NCBI GenBank assembly: GCA_038888155.1
Contig: JAWAJB010000034.1
Coordinates: 1-11,591 of the forward strand
DNA length: 11,591 nucleotides
Source: Desulfurococcaceae archaeon
Lineage (GTDB): Archaea > Thermoproteota > Thermoprotei_A > Sulfolobales > Desulfurococcaceae
Reading direction: 5' to 3'
Part shown: piece by piece, positions 1 to 8,107 of the stretch
Layout of the letters: every line of letters starts with the position of its first letter
Position numbering within the stretch: position 1 is the stretch's first letter
The notes under the pieces: generated by a model
The model's database searches: none
Seen by the model: the letters and a program-made list of their open reading frames with translations, nothing else
Told to the model about the DNA's origin: nothing
Translations under genes and position numbers: made by a program

Positions 1-137
1 ATGATGATTTCAACCACGTGTCCTCTTGGACCATGCACGTTTAAACCTAGCGTTATAACTTCGCCGGGGTATACTCGAATAAGTTTGCTGATTGTTCTTC
101 TAGCTACAACTCCATCTTCTTCCAGTACTAGAGGCAT
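1..137 (-). CDS. Hypothetical protein, 5' part only (runs off the left edge)
   Basis: The minus frame from ATG at 137 reads MPLVLEEDGVVARRTISKLIRVYPGEVITLGLNVHGPRGHVVEII and stays open to the edge. AAGGGA lies just upstream. The + ORF 1..201 looks like its antisense shadow. Confidence 0.4.
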   Translation of the reverse strand, partial: MPLVLEEDGVVARRTISKLIRVYPGEVITLGLNVHGPRGHVVEII

Positions 138-324
138 GTATCCCTTTATGATTAGATCCGGGGTGTGCGTAAATATTGTCCTAAAGCAACCCCTATTTTA
201 GTTTTATTAGAGGGCTTAGAGGTGCTGACCCTTTGGATTTTTAAGCAATACTCGGTGATTCCGAAAATACGTGTGTTACATGCTTTAACAGCGTGCTCTA
301 TGGTTTGTATTCTCCTGCTTCTCT

Positions 325-561
325 CTAGAGGTCATTTCCTCCTTTTTCCTCTTCGTCTACACACAAGATGTTTTCTATGCTAGCTTGTCTTAGGTAAGCA
401 GTCATTAAAATGCTAACCATGCTAGCAATATCTCTTCTACCTACTACAAACATTGAGATAACACGACGAGGCTTCATTGTGGTTACCAGCCTTGGTTCTC
501 TCGTTTTTCCTCCTCCTTGCCTTATTCTATAGTACTTTGCACAGCCTTTCCAAGCTCTCAT
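325..561 (-). pseudogene. Possible degenerate RelE/ParE-like toxin remnant
   Basis: WKGCAKYYRIRQGG...RLV...RVISMFVVGRRDIA loosely matches the RelE pattern (KG..YRIRVG.YR.......V.V..VGHR..IY). Spacing is imperfect and no antitoxin is seen. Confidence 0.2.
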
Positions 562-589
562 TCCTAATACAGCAACCAATCTAACAGGT

Positions 590-1453
590 TTACTCAAGAC
601 TAAGCATCTCAATAAACTTTTCTTGTTTTTCCGAGGGTCTTGCAATTGCTTTTAATGCTTCGTATTCTTCGCTGCTGATCAGGTCTCTTACTTCATCGAC
701 ATACTTAAGGTTCCACTCGAGCGTTGCGTACTTCTTCTTGTAGAGGTCAAGGGCCTTCTTTAACTCACTTTTCTGCGGCTCACTCCACTCGATCTCAAGA
801 CCCAACTTCCTACTTAATGTTTCTGAAATTGCTTTATAGAGTTCCTCAGGTCTCACGATCTTTCCAAGTACTTCACTGAGTGTAGTTACTCTTTTAATTC
901 TACTTCGAGTAAACTTCTTGCCAGAGAAGTTTTCTCTAGAAATCTTGAGGACTCTCCAGAGTATCGATATATCACTTGAGACTAGCATAGCTCCATGTAT
1001 AAACATCCTGTCATGTGATCTGCACGCAGCCATACCTGACACCTTCAGTCCATCAACTTCTATATCGTTTAGAGGACGGTAATACACTTTATCAACTCCT
1101 AAGCTACTTAAAGCCTCAACAATGGCTGATCCAACGATACTGAAAGATTCTTCAATACTAAGATTATGACCCGGTAAAGTCAGAGCGTAATTCAAGTTAC
1201 CTAAGTCATGATATACGGCACCACCGCCAGTGAATCTTCTCACTAACCTAACACCGAGGTCTTTAGCTTCAATAGCGTTAATCTCAAGTGGGGGACACTG
1301 AAACCTCCCTATAACTACTACCTTATCATTGCGCCAGAAACGGAGTGTAGGTTGCTTAGATTCAGTGTAGAAGGCTTCCTCGAAAGCTAGATTAAAAAAC
1401 TGGTTCTCAGGCCACTCAGCAACGAACACTCTTAAACTTCTGGAATTACTCAT
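590..1453 (-). CDS. lplA: Lipoate-protein ligase A, catalytic (N-terminal) domain only
   Basis: Motifs NLAFEEA, LRFWRN..VVIGRFQ, RRFTGGGAVYHDLGNLNY, NDI..DGLKVSG (catalytic Lys), HGAML and Y...EWN. Start taken as ATG 1453 (AAGGGAG upstream); ATG 1468 is an alternative. Confidence 0.93.
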   Translation of the reverse strand: MSNSRSLRVFVAEWPENQFFNLAFEEAFYTESKQPTLRFWRNDKVVVIGRFQCPPLEINAIEAKDLGVRLVRRFTGGGAVYHDLGNLNYALTLPGHNLSIEESFSIVGSAIVEALSSLGVDKVYYRPLNDIEVDGLKVSGMAACRSHDRMFIHGAMLVSSDISILWRVLKISRENFSGKKFTRSRIKRVTTLSEVLGKIVRPEELYKAISETLSRKLGLEIEWSEPQKSELKKALDLYKKKYATLEWNLKYVDEVRDLISSEEYEALKAIARPSEKQEKFIEMLSLE

Positions 1454-1470
1454 AGACTCCCTTCCCATTC

Positions 1471-1490
1471 TTAAAATACTTAAATAAAAA
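1471..1490 (-). promoter_or_regulatory. Putative TATA region of lplA
   Basis: The minus strand reads TTTTTATTTAAGTATTTTAA, about 18-37 nt before ATG 1453. Confidence 0.45.
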
Positions 1491-1533
1491 CTCCAAATAT
1501 TTCAATAAGAAGACCACAAATACCCTTAAGTAC

Positions 1534-1755
1534 TTAAAGAATCTCTCTAATACTTCTTACGGCTACATGGGCTAGGGCAAAATAATATTTTAAAGAGAGC
1601 GCTGAGAGCATAACTGCCTTAGCTACCGACTTGACTATGTTGGTTAAGTCATCTTCCACCGCCTCAAAACATACAACGTCTATTCTACTGTCTCTCGTTA
1701 ACCCTACATAACATAATCTCTTGTTAGCTTCGATGAAGAAATTCTCTTTATATTG
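1534..1755 (-). pseudogene. Start-less gene fragment, possibly PD-(D/E)xK nuclease-like
   Basis: 73 open codons: QYKENFFIEANKRLCYVGLTRDSRIDVVCFEAVEDDLTNIVKSVAKAVMLSALSLKYYFALAHVAVRSIREIL*. Protein-like composition with an RIDVV..E motif. In-frame stops lie immediately upstream. Confidence 0.3.
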
Positions 1756-1810
1756 CTACCGTTATAATGTTTAGGTGTGAATATTGCCAGATCTGCTGAA
1801 TCACTATGTC

Positions 1811-2356
1811 TTAAGTCTCTTTCCTCGTTTTCAGCGTGTTCACTAAGCTTAAGTACGCTTTATTACTTGCGATACTCAGTTTATTGCTAAATATCAACGT
1901 ATTGTTCCGAGTTCATGGATAGTTTACATGCAACTTAATACTACTTGCTTGTATAGCTTTAGTCACTACACCAGCAATTCTTAAACTCAAGTGCTGTTTC
2001 TTAACCCACGTATTTCTATTTCCTATCTCATACGCGCTTCATGTAATCTCAAACCTTCTGATAGCGTTAACACCAATGCCTTGATCCCTGGTGGACGAGT
2101 CATATACTCCTAGAGCACGTTTTAAGGGATCCGTGTCTGCTGATGATACAACACTTGCACCAGTAATGGAAGCGAGAACCGTTACTGTAGACCTCACGTC
2201 AAGAACATTATTCGAAGGGTCGATGATATCTAAGACTAGAATAATTACCATAATAGCAGTAATATTACCCCTCTCAACTTAAGCTATAGTAACAGAATAC
2301 GAACACGCAGGAAATTCTAGTAAAGAACATAACGATGTCCTGTTAGTAGTAAGTAG
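1811..2356 (-). pseudogene. Decayed gene, beta-rich, possibly an extracellular/surface protein
   Basis: One minus frame of 182 codons has only three internal stops (TAA 2279-2281, TGA 2039-2041, TGA 1913-1915). It contains ORF 2039..2251 (LDIIDPSNNVLDVRSTVTV...). Confidence 0.35.
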
Positions 2357-2563
2357 TTACCTAGCTTTGACCTTATAAAGGGGGTTTATTAGAGATTCGT
2401 TCGAGGCTTTTACCTAATGAGTTATTAGAGTAACAGCTACTCATAGGATAACATGCTTCGGCAAGTAGTTCATCATAGTTTACTCTGCTACTAATTACTA
2501 AAGCCAATTAATAGTTATCTTCCTTCAGGTTCTGGAGAATAAGTGATAACAGGTAAACATACA

Positions 2564-2600
2564 AATATATATCAGATCGAAGATAAGTCATTTTGGTGAG
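2564..2600 (+). promoter_or_regulatory. TATA-like element and RBS of the DUF169-like gene
   Basis: AATATATAT at 2564-2572, and GGTGAG at 2595-2600, 4 nt before TTG 2605. Confidence 0.55.
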
Positions 2601-2604
2601 ACGT

Positions 2605-3359
2605 TTGGTAGATTATGAAGCTCTTCACTACGACCTTGTTAATATCGTGAAACTTAAGGGAGAACCGGTAGGGTTTAAACTCTTTAAGGAAGTTGTTAAG
2701 GACCTTCCCTATCTTGATAAAAACCTGGCTTTATGTTAAGTAATTAAGTTGGCAGCTGTGTATGGTAAAATCGTAGGCATTAATGAGAACAACGTTGATG
2801 CTTGCGTTATCGGCACCTACATCTCAGGCTTTAAACCACCGCCTGAAGACCTTATGAAGAGGTGGATAGAAGGTTTCGCATTCACTGAGGGGCTCTTTAA
2901 GAAGCTCGTGGGGGCATTCACGCTATAGAAATGGGTAAGTATAAGTCAGGACTCTTCGCACCTCTGAAGTATTTCAAGGAACTGAAGTTAGATCCAGACG
3001 GAGTAATACTTATAATTAACTCCGCCCAAGCATACCTGTTGTTGGTAGGATATTTTGATAGTGTTGGGATCAAGCCGGTGTGCGATTTCAATGGTCATGC
3101 TACATGCGAGTTAGTTGCTACTTTAATGAAGGGTAAGAGTCCGTGGTTAACAATACCATGTGGCGGGGCTAGAGCCATAGCTGAGGCGCAAGATGATGAA
3201 CTATGGCTTAGCATGAAGATTGACGACCTACAGAGAGCGGTTGAGAGATTGAAATCTATTGGTTTGAGATACCCACCACCAGTTTACCAAATGTTAACTA
3301 TACCACCTGCTCCGGAACACCCGTTGACGCGCTTAATAACTAGGGAGGTATCTAAATAG
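2605..3359 (+). pseudogene. DUF169-family Cys-containing protein, disrupted
   Basis: TTG 2605 gives MVDYEALHYDLVNIVKLKGEPVGFKLF...[14 protein letters not shown]...DACVIG. TAA at 2737-2739 sits where the family CQ motif is expected. A 1-nt frameshift at the G5 run 2910-2914 joins ...[10 protein letters not shown]...APL...[16 protein letters not shown]...ATCE...[10 protein letters not shown]...DDEL. Reconstructed length is about 250 aa. Confidence 0.82.
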
Positions 3360-3841
3360 AGAGTTCGTTTTTAACCCATTTCTCTGTAACCAATTTAGAA
3401 GCTCTCTAAATCATTTTAGTTTCTCGTCAACTGAGATAGATGACATAACTATGGGATTCCCTGCTTCTGTTTATCGGGATACCGCGGAAGTTTCAGCACG
3501 ATTTTTACTACTACTTTGTTTTATCTTAGAAGATTTAATGTTTGTTTTCTATTAGAAAACTTTGGTATTTTTGCAGGATAGCAGAGAATGAATTAACTTT
3601 ACGGAACAGGACTATCATCTGAGATAAAAAGACTATTTCTGGTTAGTTTGGAATGCCGCTTCTATGATTATTCCTAAATCACAGTAATTCCTGCCTCTTT
3701 ACTAAAGACGAAGAGATAACAAAAACTATTGTCAATGAAAGATCTCAGTAGAGTACTGAAAAGAGAACAGCTTCACTATCTTATATGTTCTATACTTCAT
3801 GCAGTTCGATTTAAAAGAGAAGCCTACAACTCTACTTGTTA

Positions 3842-3864
3842 CCTTTAAAAGGAAAGTTTATAAG
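3842..3864 (+). promoter_or_regulatory. BRE-TATA promoter of adh with an upstream palindrome
   Basis: GGAAAG then TTTATAAG (3857-3864). Palindrome CCTTTAAAAGG at 3842-3852. GAGAGGGGT RBS at 3888-3896. Confidence 0.6.
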
Positions 3865-3901
3865 ATTAAGCAGTGATATTTCTTAGCGAGAGGGGTAATT
3901 T

Positions 3902-4915
3902 GTGAAGGCCGCTTTACTTCGTAGGATTGGCGAACCCTTAAGTATCGAGGAAGTTCCGGATCCTAGACCTGACTACGGTGAGGTTCTCATAAGGATTAAG
4001 GCTGTTGGAGTGTGTTACTCGGATGTGGAAATAATAGATGGTAAAATCCCACTACCTAAACCATTGCCGCATATCCTAGGTCATGAAATTGCTGGTGTTA
4101 TAGAGAAGGTTGGCGAGGGTGTTAAGGATTTAAATGTTGGAGATAGGGTTGTCCTTTCCTGGCTCTGGTGGACCTGTGGTAAGTGCAGGTTCTGTCTAGT
4201 AGGTCGTGAGAACATATGCCCTAACCAAAAGAACACCGGCTACAGTGTTGACGGTGGTTACGCTGAGCTAGTTAAGGCTCCGGCAACCCATGTCTTAAGG
4301 ATACCTGATAAAGTTTCCTACCTTGAGGCAACTTCAGCTACAGATGCTGTAGCTACCCCTCTCAGGGCTCTAACTTTCGCTGCCAGGGTAATGCCTGGGG
4401 ATCTTGTAGCGGTCTTTGGTATAGGTGGCCTAGGATTAAATGCTGTTCAGATAGCTAAGGTGTTAGGTGCTAAGGTCGTTGCCATAGATATACGTGACGA
4501 CAAACTCGCGCTCGCCAAAGAAGCCGGTGCCGACTACTTAATAAACCCAAGGCTCGAGGATCCTGTAAAGTATCTTAGAGACCTAGGTGGAGTTGACATT
4601 GCATTAACGACCGTGGAGTCGATTAGCGCTATGAGACAGGCTTACGAGTCACTAGCCCCAGGCGGTACGTTGGTCTTAATAGGCTTGCCGAGAGGCGAGT
4701 TATCGCTTCCCGTGATTGATTGGATACTTAGGGACATAAGGGTGGTTGGCAATATAGGGTTCACTAGACGCGAAATAGACCAGAGTCTCAAACTTATAGC
4801 TGACGGTAAGATAAAGCCTAGAGTAAAGACGTACAAGTTTGAGGATGTTAATGAGGCTATCAGGGACCTCAGAGAGGGTAGAGTTCCTGGAAGAGCCGTA
4901 TTAGTGTTCTCCTAA
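3902..4915 (+). CDS. adh: Zn-dependent medium-chain alcohol dehydrogenase (MDR), probably NAD-preferring
   Basis: C38, GHE (H61), structural Zn C92/C95/C98/C106, D148 at the third catalytic ligand position, GIGGLG Rossmann motif, D196 at the end of the second nucleotide-binding strand, C-terminal GRAVL. Confidence 0.93.
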   Translation: MKAALLRRIGEPLSIEEVPDPRPDYGEVLIRIKAVGVCYSDVEIIDGKIPLPKPLPHILGHEIAGVIEKVGEGVKDLNVGDRVVLSWLWWTCGKCRFCLVGRENICPNQKNTGYSVDGGYAELVKAPATHVLRIPDKVSYLEATSATDAVATPLRALTFAARVMPGDLVAVFGIGGLGLNAVQIAKVLGAKVVAIDIRDDKLALAKEAGADYLINPRLEDPVKYLRDLGGVDIALTTVESISAMRQAYESLAPGGTLVLIGLPRGELSLPVIDWILRDIRVVGNIGFTRREIDQSLKLIADGKIKPRVKTYKFEDVNEAIRDLREGRVPGRAVLVFS

Positions 4916-4923
4916 CCTAAGTG

Positions 4924-4930
4924 TTTTTTT
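4924..4930 (+). terminator. Oligo-T terminator candidate after adh
   Basis: T7 run 8 nt after the stop codon. Confidence 0.5.
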
Positions 4931-4985
4931 ATGAAATTGTGATCCACGGGTACTACTGAACTTTTTAATTTTTAAATACTTGAAT

Positions 4986-5001
4986 AAAAAAAGATTATAT
5001 A
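4986..5001 (+). promoter_or_regulatory. BRE-TATA promoter of acoAB
   Basis: A-rich BRE followed by TTATATA (4995-5001), about 33 nt before ATG 5034. GGGAGTGAT RBS-like motif at 5025-5033. Confidence 0.6.
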
Positions 5002-5033
5002 CCAGGCAGTATTATATTCTTCTTGGGAGTGAT

Positions 5034-6032
5034 ATGTCAATTCCTATACCTCGTGATAAACTAATTGAGATGTACTATAAAATGATTCTTATAAGAACCT
5101 TCGAGGACAAAGTTCACGAGTTATTCGCTGCTGGTAAAATACCTGGCTTCGTGCACCTCTACGCAGGTGAGGAAGCTGTAGCCGTCGGAGTTATTTCTAA
5201 CCTTGTGAAAGGTGATTACATAACAAGCACTCATAGAGGACACGGTCACTGCATAGCAATGGGATGCGATATTAAGGGAATGATGTCCGAGCTTTTCGGT
5301 AAAAAGACGGGCATATGCAAAGGTAAAGGTGGATCCATGCACATAGCAGATTTCGAGATAGGCATGCTAGGCGCTAATGGTATAGTGGGTGCTGGAGTCC
5401 CCTTAGCTGTTGGGGCTGCCTTAGCACTGAAATACAAGAGTCCCGGAAACGTGGCAGTAGCGTTCCTCGGCGACGGCGCGATGAACCAAGGTAGCGTTAT
5501 GGAAGCTCTAAACCTAGCCGCCATATGGAAGTTACCTGTAGTGTTCGTAGTAGAGGACAACCAGTACGCCATATCTATGAGGAGTACGGCACCTACGAAG
5601 TTGCAACCACGCATCGCAACTGCCAGGTCCTTCGCAGAAAGGGCTATAGGATTCGGCATACCCGCTGTAACCGTAGACGGAATGGACGTGTTAGCAGTTT
5701 ACGAAGCTGCTAAAGCAGCTATTGAGAGAGCTAGAAAAGGTGAAGGCCCCTCTCTCCTAGACTGCAAGACGTACAGATACTATGGTCATTTTGAGGGAGA
5801 TCCTATGGTGTATAGGAGTAAAGAAGAGATGGAAGAATGGAAGAAAAGAGACCCAATACTCCTGTTTAAGGAGAAACTAATCAGAATGAGTGTAGCCGCT
5901 GAGCAAGAGCTTGAGGCATTACATAAGAAGGCTGTGATGGAAGTTGAAGAGGCTGTAAAACGTGCCGAAGAGGACCCATACCCGGAGCCTTCCGAAGCCT
6001 ATACGGACGTATTCATAGAGCCATACTACTAG
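5034..6032 (+). CDS. acoA: TPP-dependent acetoin/2-oxoacid dehydrogenase E1 alpha subunit (AcoA-type)
   Basis: IPGFVHLYAGEEAVAVG, STHRGHGH, KGKGGSMHIAD, TPP motif GDGA...EDN and YRYYGHFEGD, all typical of AcoA. Start revised to ATG 5034. Confidence 0.9.
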   Translation: MSIPIPRDKLIEMYYKMILIRTFEDKVHELFAAGKIPGFVHLYAGEEAVAVGVISNLVKGDYITSTHRGHGHCIAMGCDIKGMMSELFGKKTGICKGKGGSMHIADFEIGMLGANGIVGAGVPLAVGAALALKYKSPGNVAVAFLGDGAMNQGSVMEALNLAAIWKLPVVFVVEDNQYAISMRSTAPTKLQPRIATARSFAERAIGFGIPAVTVDGMDVLAVYEAAKAAIERARKGEGPSLLDCKTYRYYGHFEGDPMVYRSKEEMEEWKKRDPILLFKEKLIRMSVAAEQELEALHKKAVMEVEEAVKRAEEDPYPEPSEAYTDVFIEPYY

Positions 6033-6044
6033 GAGGTGATGTGT

Positions 6045-7031
6045 GTGAGTGAGAGAATAATTACATTTGTTGAAGCATTGAATGAAGCACTAGCTCAGGA
6101 GATGGAGAGAGATCCGAACGTAATAGTTATGGGCGAAGATGTGGGCGTGTATGGAGGAGTCTTCGGAGTCACTAAGGGACTACTAGAACGGTTCGGAAGC
6201 GACAGAGTTATCGATACACCTATATCTGAGGCAGGATTTATAGGTGCGGCAGCTGGTGCAGCAGCGCTTGGTCTGAGGCCTGTAGTTGAGTTAATGTTTG
6301 TTGACTTCTTCGGCGTGGCTATGGACCAGATCTACAACCAGGCTGCTAAGATGAGATACATGTTTGGTGGTAAAATTAAAGTGCCTATAACCATACGGAC
6401 AACTATAGGCGGTGGTCTCTCAGCAGCGGCTCAGCACTCACAAGTTCTTTACTCGATATTTGCTCACGTCCCTGGTTTAAAGTTGATAGTTCCCTCAACA
6501 CCTTACGACGCTAAAGGACTATTAATCAGCGCTATAAGGGATGATAACCCCAAGATATTCTTTGAACACAAACTGCTGTATGGTATTAAAGGCCCTGTTC
6601 CCAAGGAACCTTACACAATACCTTTCGGAGTTGCCGATGTGAAGAGAGAAGGTTCTGATGTCACTGTGATAGCGCTGGCTTACATGGTTCACGAAGCTCT
6701 TAAAGCTGCTGATGAACTAGCTAAAGAAGGTATTAGCGTAGAGGTAATTGACCCAAGAACCATAGTTCCATTTGATAAAGAAACCATATTAAAGTCTGTT
6801 AAGAAGACAGGAAGGGTTGTCATAGTCGACGAGGACTATGATAGATGCGGATTTGCATCATGGGTAGCAGCTATAATAGCTGACGAGGCTTTTGAATACC
6901 TTGATGCACCGATTAAGAGAGTCACTACGCCTAACGTTCCAATACCCTTCAGTCCGCCACTAGAGCATGAAGTACTACCTAATGCTCAGAAGATAGTTAA
7001 GACAATTAAACAGATCGTTAGAAAAGGCTAG
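6045..7031 (+). CDS. acoB: Acetoin/2-oxoacid dehydrogenase E1 beta subunit (AcoB-type)
   Basis: GEDV, DTPISEAGF, ELMFVDF, DQIYNQAAKMRYMFGGK, AAQHSQ and YLDAPIKRV. GGAGGTGA (6032-6039) overlaps the acoA stop and places the start at GTG 6045. Confidence 0.9.
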   Translation: MSERIITFVEALNEALAQEMERDPNVIVMGEDVGVYGGVFGVTKGLLERFGSDRVIDTPISEAGFIGAAAGAAALGLRPVVELMFVDFFGVAMDQIYNQAAKMRYMFGGKIKVPITIRTTIGGGLSAAAQHSQVLYSIFAHVPGLKLIVPSTPYDAKGLLISAIRDDNPKIFFEHKLLYGIKGPVPKEPYTIPFGVADVKREGSDVTVIALAYMVHEALKAADELAKEGISVEVIDPRTIVPFDKETILKSVKKTGRVVIVDEDYDRCGFASWVAAIIADEAFEYLDAPIKRVTTPNVPIPFSPPLEHEVLPNAQKIVKTIKQIVRKG

Positions 7032-7050
7032 ATTTAACAAGCAAATATGG

Positions 7051-7078
7051 TTTTAATTTTTCCATTTTTAATTTTTTT
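7051..7078 (+). terminator. T-rich terminator candidate after acoB
   Basis: TTTTAATTTTT-CCA-TTTTTAATTTTTTT, a duplicated T-tract about 20 nt after the stop. Confidence 0.6.
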
Positions 7079-7117
7079 GTCTCTCTTATTGACTAAAACT
7101 TTCAGTGGAGGGTAATA

Positions 7118-8107
7118 TTGTCCAGGTCTGGCTTGATCATAAACCCGGATGCCGGAAAAGATGTCAGAAGGCTTCTCTCTCCAGCTAGTTACTTAGGTAA
7201 TTTCACTAAGATAGAGCTAGGGAAGAGGGTGGTTTTAGGTTTAGACAGCGCGGGTGTAGATGAGATCCTTGTGATGCATGATAACAGCGGGTTAGGAGAG
7301 GATGTTGTCACTTCCTTGGAAGGTAAGATCTCATCAAAACTGATCCTAATTCCCAGCAGGGGGACTGGAACCGTTCTAGACACTATAGAGAGTGCTTCAA
7401 AAATGCGAGATTTAGGCGTTAAGTCTCTGGTAGTCGTCGGTGGGGACGGTACTTTAAGAGCAGCTTTCAAAGGAGCGCCTGATGTTCCTTTAGCCGTGGT
7501 GAGCGCAGGAACTAATAACGTTACTGGCGCTTTTTACGACGCATCATTAGTTGGTTATGCGGCTGGGTTGGTAGCGGTCGGGGAGGTTGAGTTAGAAGAC
7601 GCTGTCAGAAGAGTTAAGTTATTGGAGGTTTTCGTTAATGAAAAACTGCGGGACGTAGCTGTAATAGACGTTACAGGAGTTAAGATTCCTTACGTGGGAG
7701 CTAGAGCTATATCCGATGTTGAAAGCATAATGTTTGCTGTGCTCAGCAAGGGGGAACCAACAGATGTGGGGCTCGCTTCTATTCTAGGCTTCCTCAGACC
7801 AACGGATTTTGATGAAGATATTGGTTTCTATGTGGAATTCGGCGAAGGCTTCATCGAAGTTAATGCCTTGATAATGCCTGGAGTCTTCAAGAAAATAAGC
7901 ATTAAGAAAGTAGAACGGCTAGACGTTGGGAGTTTTGTTAGTCTTCCGTCAGGGACATACACGCTAGCACTAGATGGAGAAAGAGAATTAGAGATATGTA
8001 GTAGCGACAACGTTAAGGTAATGCTTTCTCGTAGAGGTCCATTACTAATAAATGTTCCTAAAGTGCTAAGGAATTACACAGAAAATATAATTAAAAATAT
8101 AAAATAA
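7118..8107 (+). CDS. acoX: AcoX-like protein (ATP-NAD kinase fold)
   Basis: N-terminal GLIINPDAGKDVRRL (AcoX signature GIIANPxxGxDxRRL), GGDGT, SAGTNN, GARAI and TLALDGERELE. GGAGGG RBS before TTG. Lies inside the aco cluster. Confidence 0.85.
   Translation: MSRSGLIINPDAGKDVRRLLSPASYLGNFTKIELGKRVVLGLDSAGVDEILVMHDNSGLGEDVVTSLEGKISSKLILIPSRGTGTVLDTIESASKMRDLGVKSLVVVGGDGTLRAAFKGAPDVPLAVVSAGTNNVTGAFYDASLVGYAAGLVAVGEVELEDAVRRVKLLEVFVNEKLRDVAVIDVTGVKIPYVGARAISDVESIMFAVLSKGEPTDVGLASILGFLRPTDFDEDIGFYVEFGEGFIEVNALIMPGVFKKISIKKVERLDVGSFVSLPSGTYTLALDGERELEICSSDNVKVMLSRRGPLLINVPKVLRNYTENIIKNIK

Noticed and set aside
1-137. KLIRV suggested an LplB partner for LplA
   Set aside because: No GDFF motif, and the surrounding pattern does not fit LplB.
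1-383. + strand ORFs 1..201 and 165..383 (likewise 2091..2282 and 10004..10204)
   Set aside because: Antisense to more protein-like minus frames; no RBS or motif support.
2413-2447. Imperfect hairpin CCTAATGAGT...ACTCATAGG
   Set aside because: Single, bulged and AT-rich, with no repeat or context to support a function.
3393-3411. Inverted repeat ATTTAGA-N5-TCTAAAT after the DUF169-like gene
   Set aside because: Weak 7-bp AT stem; may aid termination but cannot be told from chance.
4980-5033. Longer TTG start for acoA (similarly 6036 for acoB and 10710 for the small ORF)
   Set aside because: The extensions overlap promoter or RBS elements; the downstream starts fit the RBS position or expected N-terminus better.
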